Positions 18,476-26,953 of a stretch of 64,000 nt of DNA are shown here, in pieces. The translations under genes were made by a program, and so were the position numbers. The notes under the pieces were generated by a model that searched no databases, was not told where the DNA came from, and saw only the letters and a list, made by a program, of their open reading frames with translations. This DNA comes from an uncultured Burkholderiales bacterium (GTDB taxonomy: Bacteria > Vulcanimicrobiota > Xenobia > Xenobiales > QWHO01), in contig CAYYHB010000004.1 in NCBI GenBank assembly GCA_964471395.1, forward strand, positions 529 to 64,528, read 5' to 3'. Positions within the stretch are counted from its first letter, which is position 1. The number at the start of each line of letters is the position of its first letter.

Positions 18476-18907
18476 TCAGCGGCCAGTGCTGCCGAGACCC
18501 CCGCGGCCGGTCTCTTCCACCGCGCCCTCTTCCAGGGCAACGTTCCAGATACGGCTGACCTTCATCTGGGCGATGCGGTCGCCGGCCTGCACGATGTAAG
18601 GCCGGCCGGACAGGTTGTGTACCAGCACCCGCACTGTCTTACGGTAGAGGTGGTCGATGGTGCCGGGGTGGATCACGATACCCTTGCTGGCCAGACCGCT
18701 GCGGCCACGCACCTGGGCCTCCCAGCCCGGCTCGAGCTGGATGGCGATGCCCGTGTCCAGGGTGCGGGTCTCGTCGGGCTCGATCCGTCCTCCCTCGACG
18801 GCGATCAGGTCGTAACAGGCGTCGGTATCGTGGGCTTTGCGAGGGATCTGGGCTCTGGGATGGCGTTTCTCGACGATCACACGGGTATCTACTTCCACGG
18901 TCAGCAT
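18476..18907 (-). CDS. dut: dUTP diphosphatase (trimeric dUTPase)
   Basis: Internal ATG at 18907, preceded by caggagg. Motifs DACYDL, RGRSGLASKG, GTIDHLYRKTV, IAQM. Confidence 0.88.
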   Translation of the reverse strand: MLTVEVDTRVIVEKRHPRAQIPRKAHDTDACYDLIAVEGGRIEPDETRTLDTGIAIQLEPGWEAQVRGRSGLASKGIVIHPGTIDHLYRKTVRVLVHNLSGRPYIVQAGDRIAQMKVSRIWNVALEEGAVEETGRGGLGSTGR

Positions 18908-19035
18908 AGTCGCCTCCTGAGAAAAATTCACCCCCTCCTTCCGCTCGAACGCATCGAAGCTCCTCTCGAACAAAACAGGGTTTTGCCCGCCCGGACGGAA
19001 GCGCCCGGCCAGCAAAGTAGGAGGTGCCACAGCCT

Positions 19036-19830
19036 ATGAAACCCGTCATCATCGTAACCGGAGCTTCCCGAGGCCTGGGAGCGGCCGTGGCCGAGTGGCT
19101 TGGCCAGGCGGGTGCAATCGTGGCCCTGATGGCCCGCAATCAGGCCGATCTCGAGCAGGTAGCCCGCCGGGTGGAAGCGCGCGGGGGCACGGCCCTGGTC
19201 TACCCCGTTGACCTGTCCAACCCCGAGGCCGGGGCGCTGGCGCTGACCTCGGTGATCGACCGGTGCGGGCGCCTGGACGCTCTGGTGAACAATGCCGGCA
19301 CCATCCACCCCATCGGCAAGCTGGCCGATGTCGACCCGGCTCACTGGCATCAGGCCGTGCAGCTCAACCTGGTGTCTCCCATCCGGTTGATGCAGGCGGC
19401 TCTGCCGGCTCTGCGCCAGAGCCGGGGGCGCATCGTCAACATCAGCACGGGGGCGGCCAGCCGCCCGGTGCCGAGCTGGAACGCTTACTGCGCCACCAAG
19501 GCCGGACTTCTGCTGTTGACCGCCACGGTTGCCGCCGAAGAGCCCGAGGTGGTCTGCCTGTCGCTGCGTCCGGGGGTGGTGGACACCGACATGCAGGGCC
19601 AAATCCGTGAGCATCGCCACAAGATGCCCACCGAGCTGGCCGACTACTTCCACGGCCTCAAGGAGAAGGGCGAGCTGGAGCCACCCGAGGTGCCCGCCCA
19701 GGTGGCTGCCTGGCTGGCGCTGGAGGGACATCCCGAGCTGAGTGGACAGCTGGTGGATTATCAGGACGCCAAGCTGCGCCAGGCTGCTGCCGGGCGCCTG
19801 GGTGCCTCGCTCTCTCAGGTCCCGGCCTGA
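19036..19830 (+). CDS. Short-chain dehydrogenase/reductase (SDR)
   Basis: VIIVTGASRGLGAAVA (TGxxxGxG), NNAG, and the catalytic YCATKAG (YxxxK). An alternative start at 19024 is possible. Confidence 0.88.
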   Translation: MKPVIIVTGASRGLGAAVAEWLGQAGAIVALMARNQADLEQVARRVEARGGTALVYPVDLSNPEAGALALTSVIDRCGRLDALVNNAGTIHPIGKLADVDPAHWHQAVQLNLVSPIRLMQAALPALRQSRGRIVNISTGAASRPVPSWNAYCATKAGLLLLTATVAAEEPEVVCLSLRPGVVDTDMQGQIREHRHKMPTELADYFHGLKEKGELEPPEVPAQVAAWLALEGHPELSGQLVDYQDAKLRQAAAGRLGASLSQVPA

Positions 19831-20969
19831 GCCTTCCGCGGGCGCAGTCGCGTGCCCCCGATGACCACCCACTCGGGGCCGACCCGGACCCCCGGGCTCT
19901 CGTCGCTCCGGTGCTCACGGGCGGCCTGCAGTTGTTCCTGGGCGGTCAGGCCCCGGAAGGCGGCCAGGCTGGAGTCCTGGCTGCCGGCATAAACGATGCC
20001 ATCTCGTCCCACGGCCAGGTTGGACATGATGCTGGCCCCGTTGTACCGGGGAGTGGGCGCCACCCAGCGCAGGCCGCCTTCGGCTCCGAAGACCAGCACC
20101 TGGCGGTCCCATCCGCGCACCACCACGGTTTGCTGGTCCCCCGAGATCAGGGGCGTGGTGGCCAGGCCCACCGGGCCCTCGGCACGCCATTTCTCACTGC
20201 CATCCGGGTTGAGGGCCTGCAGCTTCTTGTCGTGGCCGGGCACGAAGATGGTGCCGTCGCTGGCCACCGTGGGGCCGCAGTCGCGGGGGATGTTGGCCGG
20301 CACCTGCCAGCGCAACTGGCCGCTGGCGGGGTCGACGGCTTTGAGGTCTTTCCAATCTGAGACCAGGATCAGGCCGTCTGCGTTGCGGGCCAGCGGTCCA
20401 CAGCCCTGGGTATCGAGCTTCCAGAGCTCTTTGCCGTCCCCGTCCAGGGAGTAGACCGTGCCCCGGTTGTCGCGCAGGAAGATCGCTCCCTCGGGGGTGA
20501 CCAGAGCCGGCTGCTGGATGCCACCTTTGGTCTTGAAGCTCCAGGTTGGCTCGCCCTGCGGCGTGAAAGCCACCAACTCGCCGGCCAGGCTGCCGGCCAG
20601 CAGGCTCCCTGACGGGGTCAGCACCGGGGTGCTCACGCCCCCGTAGCCCAGCCGCTGCTCCCACAGAAGGTTACCGTTTTTGCCCAGAGCCATCAACTGG
20701 CTCTCCTGGGTGGCCACGTAGACGGTCTCTTCGTCGGCAGACAACACCGGAGCTTGAGTTACCAGGCCGGCGGGAAGCTTCCAGCGCAGCTCACCCTGCG
20801 GGTCGAGGGCCAGCAACTCGCCGCGACCACCGCCCACGTAGAGGTCGCCCTGCGAGCTGACGGTCGGCTCGTAAACCCAGCCCCCCTCGAACTCCTTGCG
20901 CCAGAGCATCCGCGAAGCACGCTGATCATACTGGCTGACGAAGCGTGCGGCCGTTTCCAGGCTATTCAT
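19815..20969 (-). CDS. PQQ-like beta-propeller repeat protein
   Basis: 384 aa. Repeated blades of the form G.L.A.D...G...W.......(S/T)P.... No obvious signal peptide. Confidence 0.7.
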   Translation of the reverse strand: MNSLETAARFVSQYDQRASRMLWRKEFEGGWVYEPTVSSQGDLYVGGGRGELLALDPQGELRWKLPAGLVTQAPVLSADEETVYVATQESQLMALGKNGNLLWEQRLGYGGVSTPVLTPSGSLLAGSLAGELVAFTPQGEPTWSFKTKGGIQQPALVTPEGAIFLRDNRGTVYSLDGDGKELWKLDTQGCGPLARNADGLILVSDWKDLKAVDPASGQLRWQVPANIPRDCGPTVASDGTIFVPGHDKKLQALNPDGSEKWRAEGPVGLATTPLISGDQQTVVVRGWDRQVLVFGAEGGLRWVAPTPRYNGASIMSNLAVGRDGIVYAGSQDSSLAAFRGLTAQEQLQAAREHRSDESPGVRVGPEWVVIGGTRLRPRKAQAGT

Positions 20970-21048
20970 GCGAGGCGATTGTAGGCCTTCCTCCGGGTCA
21001 GGTGATGAACGGATTGTTGCCTCCGGTTCTCGCAGCCTCTTTAATTGG

Positions 21049-22344
21049 CTAGGAACGACTCGTCAGGATCGCCTGTTCAGGGCAGCGGAGCCGGTCCAGG
21101 GCCCGTCGGGCCACCTTTCTCATCAGTTCCGGCGGCATCACCTTACGCACCCGGTACCGCCGCTTGCCAAGCAGGGTCATCCGGAATCGAACCATCCGTT
21201 CTTCGCGAACGGCTCGAAGGAAGGAACGCGCCTCCTCGCCCCACAGCTCGCCAAACTGTTCCCAGTAGTTGAAATCGGGTTGCTTGACTCTGGCCCCTCG
21301 AAATCGTGGAGGGAGGGTGCAGGCTGGCCCGTCGTTGCGAGCGATGGCCCGAAGCAAGACCTCCAGGCCTGTCAGGGCAGCGCCCTGCTCGAGCCAGGTG
21401 GCTGCCTCGTGGTAGTGCCTCCTGCAGTCGCGATCAGGGAGCCTGCGGAACTCCTGGCGGGCTCCCTCGAACCGACCAGCCCGGTGCAGAGCCGCTCCCA
21501 GGGCCTCGCGAGCAGCCGGTTCGGGACAGAGCCGAGTGCGCTCCCCGAGCACCTGGCAGGCCTCCTCCAAACGACCCTGTCTCTCCAGAACCGTTGCCAA
21601 TCCTTCCAGGTCGAGCAAATAGGGTTGCGCCTCGGGCTCTCCGGGATGAAAGAGCCGCCTGTTCGTTGCCAGGCTGTGCCGGTCGAGTCGAGCTGCCTCA
21701 CGGTAAGCCTTCTCGGCCCCTTTCCAGCGCCGATGACGCGACAGCAGATCCCCTTCAAGCCTCCAAAGCCCCCCATCCCAGGGCCTGAGTTTCTGAGCCC
21801 GACGAAGCCGTCGGCGAGCTGCCTTCGGGTCTTCCGTCTCCAGGGCGTCTGCATCAGCCAGCTCGCGCTCAACGCTTTCTGATTCTCGCGGGGCGAGCTT
21901 GCCAAGCCATCCCGCCAGCTCGTCGAGATCCCGTCCCGCCAGTCGCAAGCTCTCCGGGTCGGACTGAAGCAAGAGCCGCCGCAGCCGTCCCACCGCCCGC
22001 CGGAGGACCTGGGCGCCCTCGTCGGCCGGGTCGAGGGTCTGCTCGCATCCCTTTTCATTACGTGCTTCCCCTCGACGCGACGAACGCGGAGGCCGCTCCT
22101 CCCCCCGAGTTGCCTTGTCGACCATCTCCACCAGTTTGCCCCTCAGGCTATCCCAGTCCACCTTCAACTGAGGGAATCGCTGTTCGAGGTCCTCCTGAAG
22201 GGCTCGCCACCCCGCCCGAGTCAGCGCCATTTGAAGTCCACTGATCCCCTCGAATCGTTGCAGGGTCAGCTGGCGCACGCGACCCCCGCCTTCCCGATAA
22301 GAGTGCAGCAACAGGAACTTGCGACCGGTCATCCTCAGAAACAT
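21049..22344 (-). CDS. Hypothetical protein with TPR-like helical repeats
   Basis: ORF 21049..22509, with an internal ATG at 22344 (MFLRMTGRKFLLLHSYREGGG..). Arg/Glu/Leu-rich helical repeats (AEKAYREAARLD, LEEACQVLGE). The start is uncertain. Confidence 0.55.
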   Translation of the reverse strand: MFLRMTGRKFLLLHSYREGGGRVRQLTLQRFEGISGLQMALTRAGWRALQEDLEQRFPQLKVDWDSLRGKLVEMVDKATRGEERPPRSSRRGEARNEKGCEQTLDPADEGAQVLRRAVGRLRRLLLQSDPESLRLAGRDLDELAGWLGKLAPRESESVERELADADALETEDPKAARRRLRRAQKLRPWDGGLWRLEGDLLSRHRRWKGAEKAYREAARLDRHSLATNRRLFHPGEPEAQPYLLDLEGLATVLERQGRLEEACQVLGERTRLCPEPAAREALGAALHRAGRFEGARQEFRRLPDRDCRRHYHEAATWLEQGAALTGLEVLLRAIARNDGPACTLPPRFRGARVKQPDFNYWEQFGELWGEEARSFLRAVREERMVRFRMTLLGKRRYRVRKVMPPELMRKVARRALDRLRCPEQAILTSRS

Positions 22345-22606
22345 GCTCTGGTTGTCTGTAGTGGAAAATGTTCTTTTTGCACTACAAGATCTTCGAGGGT
22401 GATGATGAGTAACCCTCTCTGCCAAGCTTGAGCTGACCGCCACTGATATCCACCCGGGTTTCCTCGCTCCAAGAGTTACCGGACAGGAGAGGGGAGATTG
22501 GCACGCCACCTTCGGCGCAGTTCTGCACGCGGATCAGGATGCGTGGGAAGGCGGGCAGAAAAGTAGGGCAAGAAATTCCTGGGTCAGCCCGGTTCCGGTC
22601 GATGTC

Positions 22607-22891
22607 TTAGCCTGGCACGAGGCCGAAGTGGTGCAGTCGGGCCACGCAGGCACTGAAGTGCTGCTCGGTGCCCGGCTCGAGTTGGATCCAGGTGTGAGCC
22701 ATCACCTGCTCCTGGTCGCCCCGTACCGCCCGCACCCGACGGGGCTGGGCGAAGAGCTCGCGCAGGCGGGCCAGGAGATCGCGGTCGGGGCATTCGATGG
22801 TCACGGTCTGGCCGTCAAAGTGAATCTGGCCCACCGGGAACTCGCCCGCCTTGCGTCCCTCGTTGCTTGACCGCAGGGGGTAGAGAACCAT
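22607..22891 (-). CDS. Hypothetical small protein (94 aa)
   Basis: Abuts the stop of the upstream gene (22892), so operon context supports it. No recognisable motif. Confidence 0.5.
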   Translation of the reverse strand: MVLYPLRSSNEGRKAGEFPVGQIHFDGQTVTIECPDRDLLARLRELFAQPRRVRAVRGDQEQVMAHTWIQLEPGTEQHFSACVARLHHFGLVPG

Positions 22892-24226
22892 CTACTTGTT
22901 GATCCGGCGCAGCAGGTAATCGACATAGTCGTAGATCGAGCGGTCGAAGTCATACAGGTCGTCGCGCGACCAGAGCGGCTCCAGGCTGTCGTTCTCGCCC
23001 AGATACGACTCCACCGCCTGAGCGAAGTAGTGCACCGGGGACGCTCCCGCCAGGTCGTCGGCGAAGCGGTGTCCGGCCAGGCTCTGGCGGCAGCTCTCGT
23101 AGCTGGCCACCACGGCGGCCGACTTCAGGCTGGCATAGCCTTCGCCCCCCCCGAGCACGTGGTCGAAGGCGTGGGCAAAGTAGTAGAGCACCGGGTGGAA
23201 GCCGCGCGGAACCCGGGCCACGCAGGAGTCTTCGACCACCATGGTGCGCTTTTCAGGGATGTAGACCGCGCCCTCGACCTCGTCCTCGCCCAGGAGGTTC
23301 GCCACCAGAGGGTGGGCCTGCAGCCGGTTGCCGGGAGGCAACAGGTAGACCTGCACTTTCTCGCGCAGGGCCATGCGCAACACTCCGGCCCCGAAGCGTG
23401 ACAGCAGGTGGGCCAGACGGCGATAGGCGGGCCGGGCGCTGTCGCCCGAGATCAGGCGGGCCGTCAGGTCAGCCAGGCCGGGTGGCAGGTCGGGCAGGGG
23501 CAGGTCGTCCGGCTCCAGCACCAGCTCGGCGGTATCGGCCTTCTCATCCGAGCGCAGGAAGCCCGAGCCCTGGTCGAGCAGCGAAGTGAAGCCCGAGGCG
23601 GGAGACTCCACCTTCTCCTCAGCCGGGGCCTCGATCGGCTCGGGCGTCTCCAGGGTATCGGTGGCCTGGAGGGCGGCCTCGGAACGGTCGAGCACGTCCG
23701 GCTCGAGGACCACCGCAGGCGGGTCTTCGGCATCGGCATCGGGCTCTGGTTCTGACTCGGGATCTTCCTCTTCTGAGTCCGCTTCCTCTGCCGAGTCTGA
23801 ATCGGAGTCTGAGTCGGGTTCCGGCTCCGGCTCCGAAGTGGACTCCTCGGGCTCGGGGGATAGCTCCTCCGTGCGAGCCTCAGGAGCGGCAGCTACCGGC
23901 CCATCGCCGGTCTGTCCCTCCTCCTCCCCTTCGCCTTCCTCTTCCTCGGTCTGCTCTTTGCGCTCCTCGGGCTCTTCCTCCCAGGCTCGCTTGAAGCGCT
24001 CCGCGGAATTGCTGCGTCCGAACATGTCGGGGTCCATGGACCCCATCAAGTCTTCCCCCATCGAGTTGAGGTCGGGGGAAAGCTCGGCCGAGTCCAGCTC
24101 GTTGGCACGCGAGCTCTTTTCTTTGAGCTCTTTCTTCTGAATGCGCAGCAAGTCGCTCGACTTCTGCGTATTCTCCGTCATCCGCTGCTGCGTGCTCTGG
24201 TAAATGAGCTGGTAAAGCGGGTCCAC
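22892..24226 (-). CDS. Hypothetical protein: acidic disordered N-terminal two-thirds plus a zincin-like C-terminal domain with HAFDH in place of HExxH
   Basis: 444 aa. Long Asp/Glu/Pro/Ser runs (EPEPEPDSDSDSDSAEEADSEEED). The C-terminal YYFAHAFDH (23159-23173) and HYFAQAVESY resemble MtfA/M90-type zincin motifs (HEFAH.. / FFAE..E.F) from memory. Confidence 0.6.
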   Translation of the reverse strand: MDPLYQLIYQSTQQRMTENTQKSSDLLRIQKKELKEKSSRANELDSAELSPDLNSMGEDLMGSMDPDMFGRSNSAERFKRAWEEEPEERKEQTEEEEGEGEEEGQTGDGPVAAAPEARTEELSPEPEESTSEPEPEPDSDSDSDSAEEADSEEEDPESEPEPDADAEDPPAVVLEPDVLDRSEAALQATDTLETPEPIEAPAEEKVESPASGFTSLLDQGSGFLRSDEKADTAELVLEPDDLPLPDLPPGLADLTARLISGDSARPAYRRLAHLLSRFGAGVLRMALREKVQVYLLPPGNRLQAHPLVANLLGEDEVEGAVYIPEKRTMVVEDSCVARVPRGFHPVLYYFAHAFDHVLGGGEGYASLKSAAVVASYESCRQSLAGHRFADDLAGASPVHYFAQAVESYLGENDSLEPLWSRDDLYDFDRSIYDYVDYLLRRINK

Positions 24227-24259
24227 GCTGCAGTTTTCGACGCCCGGGCGGGCGAGCCT

Positions 24260-25519
24260 CTACTCGCGCGGGGGCGAGGCCTTGATGTCGTGGGACTGGA
24301 AAGGCTTGCTGTGGACCTCGAGCTTGCTGTCTTGATCGGACAGGGCTCCGGCGTGCGAATCGGGGCCCCGGGCGGTGGCGCTGGCTTCGGAATACTCGCG
24401 GGCCTCGGCTTCAGCCGACGGACGTCGGGAGGGGTTGGGCTGGACGCGCAGCTTCTGGCCCGGCTGGACCGCGTTGGGGTCCTTGAGCTGGTTCTCGCGG
24501 GCCACCTGATCGACCAGCTTCTGCTTGACGATCTCTTCGTCTGACCAGCCGGCTTGGCGCAGCGCCCCCCAGACGCTCTTGGCGTCCTTGCCCACCTCAA
24601 ACTTCATGTGGCGATCCTGCTCGCTGGTGGCCTGGGCAGTGGAGCCAGTGGTGGCCTCGGCATGGGCGTCACCGGCCCGGGCCCGGGAGGTCGCTCGCGA
24701 GTCGTTGCGCGCCTCCGAGCGGCTTACTCCCTGCAGGTCGGCCTCCGCCTCGGCGGTGGCCCCGTTGTTGGCGTCCACGGTGGCTTCCGACTTGTTGCGT
24801 GCGCTGGCAAAGCCCATTGATTGCTCGAAGGCACCCGAGACGGCGTGGGAACCGTCTTTGGCTTTGGCCGCCGCGGTGGAGTTCCCGTCGGAGTAAGCTC
24901 CGGCTGTGGATTCTCCCTCTGCGTGGGCCGCCGACGAAGACTCCTTGCCCGAGGAGGCGCCCGCGGTGGAGCCGTCTTTAGCGTAAGCTACCGAAGAGCT
25001 CTCGTGGATGTTCGGGTCGACGATGTCATTGTTGACCATCGCCTGGGCGGTCGACTTGTTCTTGGCCACGGCGGCGGCCACGTTCAGATCGTGGCGCTTC
25101 TCGCGCACGTCGGCCAGCACGCTATCGAGCGACTCGCCCCGCAGCAGGCGGTTGCGGATCTCGCCGATGTCCTCGGCGTCCCCGGCAAAGCTGGCCACCA
25201 CCTCGTTGGCCCTGGCTTCGACTGCGGCATGGTAGCGCCCCTGGGCGTCGGTGGCGCTGCTGAAGTAGTAGGTGTTATTGCCGCGCCGGATGGACTCCCA
25301 GGCGTCGGCCATCTGGCCGTTGACCTGAGATGACGGGCTCTGGGCGTGGGCAAAGGAGATGTCGGCCTGGTCGGCGGTTGAGACTCCCTGGCCGGGCCGT
25401 ACCCCGGCTACCCGGGAGGCGGCCGAGCCCAGGTTCTCGAGGCCGGAGACGTCGCCCATCGCATCGCGGGCCGAGATTCCGGTCAGGGCTTCCAGAGCGT
25501 TCACGTAGTAATCGGCCAT
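24260..25519 (-). CDS. Hypothetical protein with a Ser/Ala/Gly-rich repeat region and a C-terminal LysM-like domain
   Basis: Internal ATG at 25519, preceded by ggggagg (MADYYVNALEAL..). The C-terminal FEVGKDAKSVWGALRQAGWSDEEIVKQKLVDQVARENQLKDPNAVQPGQKLRV is LysM-like. Confidence 0.65.
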   Translation of the reverse strand: MADYYVNALEALTGISARDAMGDVSGLENLGSAASRVAGVRPGQGVSTADQADISFAHAQSPSSQVNGQMADAWESIRRGNNTYYFSSATDAQGRYHAAVEARANEVVASFAGDAEDIGEIRNRLLRGESLDSVLADVREKRHDLNVAAAVAKNKSTAQAMVNNDIVDPNIHESSSVAYAKDGSTAGASSGKESSSAAHAEGESTAGAYSDGNSTAAAKAKDGSHAVSGAFEQSMGFASARNKSEATVDANNGATAEAEADLQGVSRSEARNDSRATSRARAGDAHAEATTGSTAQATSEQDRHMKFEVGKDAKSVWGALRQAGWSDEEIVKQKLVDQVARENQLKDPNAVQPGQKLRVQPNPSRRPSAEAEAREYSEASATARGPDSHAGALSDQDSKLEVHSKPFQSHDIKASPPRE

Positions 25520-25627
25520 GGACTGCCTCCCCTGGGTGTTGACTTGAGGAAAGTTTCGAGAGCCGGGAACAAGAGTCCCGCCGCTTGCGACTCTGGGAAT
25601 ATCTTCAAGCTCGTGGGAGGACTTCGT

Positions 25628-25768
25628 ATGAACTGGTACCACCGTCGCATTCGCCGCGCCCTGTTCTTGCTGGCCGTGCTGGGTTGTGCCTGGCTGGGTG
25701 GCACAGTGCTGACCCCTCCGCCCCAGGCCACGGCCCAGAGCCCCTCGGTGCAGGCGGGAGTCCTTTAG
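25628..25768 (+). CDS. Small (46 aa) putative exported/lipo-peptide
   Basis: ATG 8 nt after gggagg. MNWYHRRIRRALFLLAVLGCAWLGG.. has a positively charged n-region, a hydrophobic core and a VLGC lipobox-like site. It lies directly upstream of two small membrane protein genes. Confidence 0.4.
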   Translation: MNWYHRRIRRALFLLAVLGCAWLGGTVLTPPPQATAQSPSVQAGVL

Positions 25769-25790
25769 CCACTCGCCGAATGTCCCGCCG

Positions 25791-26126
25791 ATGTTGCGCT
25801 GGGCGATTATCGGGGTGGGCGCGCTGATCCTGGTCAGCGACGTCAGCCAGGATCTCAAGATGACGGGTACGCCGATCTGGCTGTTGATCGCCCAGATCGT
25901 GCGCAACGGCCTGCTCCTCGGCGGCCTGATCGGACTGGCCCTGAACCGGAAGTGGGGCTACTTGGTGCTGGGGTTGAGCGTGCTGCTCGGCCTGGTGCGC
26001 CGCTCGCTTTACCTGCAGGGCCTGACCACACCTGATACCTGGTTGGCGGTGCACTCCGGGGCCGACCTGGTCTTCCGGTTGCTGGCGCTGGCGGTGGTGG
26101 CCGACTATCTGCGGCGCTCGAAGTGA
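25791..26126 (+). CDS. Small integral membrane protein (paralog 1)
   Basis: 111 aa with about four hydrophobic helices. Similar to the next gene (LNRKWGYLVLGLSVLLGLV vs LDKTFGYAFLLGISLQSLL; DLVFRLLALAVVADYLRR vs EVVFRLNCLAFLAVYRMR). Confidence 0.65.
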   Translation: MLRWAIIGVGALILVSDVSQDLKMTGTPIWLLIAQIVRNGLLLGGLIGLALNRKWGYLVLGLSVLLGLVRRSLYLQGLTTPDTWLAVHSGADLVFRLLALAVVADYLRRSK

Positions 26127-26467
26127 TCTGGCGCCGACTCATCGTGGCGGGCAGCGTGCTCTTCCTCGTGCTGTCTTTTCCCGGCGACGCTCAGAACATC
26201 TGGGGAAGCCTGAACTCAGACGACAAACGGCTGGCCCTGGGCCTCAGTCTCAAGACTTTGATGGCGGTGCTGGCCATCGTGGGCCTCGAACTGGACAAGA
26301 CCTTTGGTTATGCCTTTCTGCTGGGCATCAGCCTGCAGAGCCTCCTGATAGCGGTGGGACGCATACTGGGGGGCGATCCGGTGCTGGCCGGAATCGAGGT
26401 CGTCTTCCGACTGAACTGCCTGGCCTTCCTGGCCGTCTACCGAATGAGAATGGTGGGAGGGAGGTGA
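26123..26467 (+). CDS. Small integral membrane protein (paralog 2)
   Basis: GTG start overlapping the previous stop (GTGA at 26123-26126). 114 aa, a hydrophobic paralog of 25791..26126. Confidence 0.65.
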   Translation: MIWRRLIVAGSVLFLVLSFPGDAQNIWGSLNSDDKRLALGLSLKTLMAVLAIVGLELDKTFGYAFLLGISLQSLLIAVGRILGGDPVLAGIEVVFRLNCLAFLAVYRMRMVGGR

Positions 26468-26937
26468 GGCATGTGTCCCGTCGTGGGTTTACCATCGTCG
26501 AACTGATGATCGTGGTGTTTTGCCTGATGATGTTGGCGGCGATCCTGGTGCCTTGATTTATCGTCGCCCGTGCGCAGGGTCAGTTGACCTCCTGCAAGTC
26601 CAATCTGAAAAACGTGGCCACGGCCCTGGAGATGTACTCCTCCGACAACGAGGGGCGCTATCCGACGAGCCTCGGATACCTCACGCCCAACTACCTCAAG
26701 AGCATCCCCGAGTGCCTGGCGGCCGGGAAGAAGGATACCTACACCGCCTCCTATGAGGCAGGACCTACCAACTTCACCATTTTCTGCAAAGGGGAGAACC
26801 ATACTCGGGTCGGCTATCCTCGCCTGACGGCCAACTTCCCCCAGTACACCGCCTGGTTCGGTCTCGTCGAGTCGGAGCAGTCTTTGCAGTCGTCTTTGAA
26901 TGAGTTAAAAAGACAGCAACAATCTGGAGCGCCCTGA
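26464..26937 (+). pseudogene. Prepilin-type (type IV pilin / T2SS pseudopilin-like) gene interrupted by an in-frame TGA at 26554-26556
   Basis: GTG 26464 (GTGA overlap with the previous stop) reads VRHVSRRGFTIVELMIVVFCLMMLAAILVP-TGA-FIVARAQGQLTSCKSNLKNVATALEMYSSDNEGRYP.., all in one frame. This is a classic N-terminal cleavage/methylation motif (G/FTxxE) split from its globular part. The ORF track shows only the downstream piece, 26584..26937. Confidence 0.8.
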
Positions 26938-26953
26938 CCCCTAAGCTGCCGGC

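Noticed and set aside
26554-26556. The in-frame TGA of the pilin gene as a selenocysteine or reassigned codon.
   Set aside because: TGA terminates several well-supported genes in this window. I see no convincing SECIS-like hairpin in the 40 nt downstream. Pilins are not known selenoproteins. I kept it as a nonsense/readthrough/assembly question instead.
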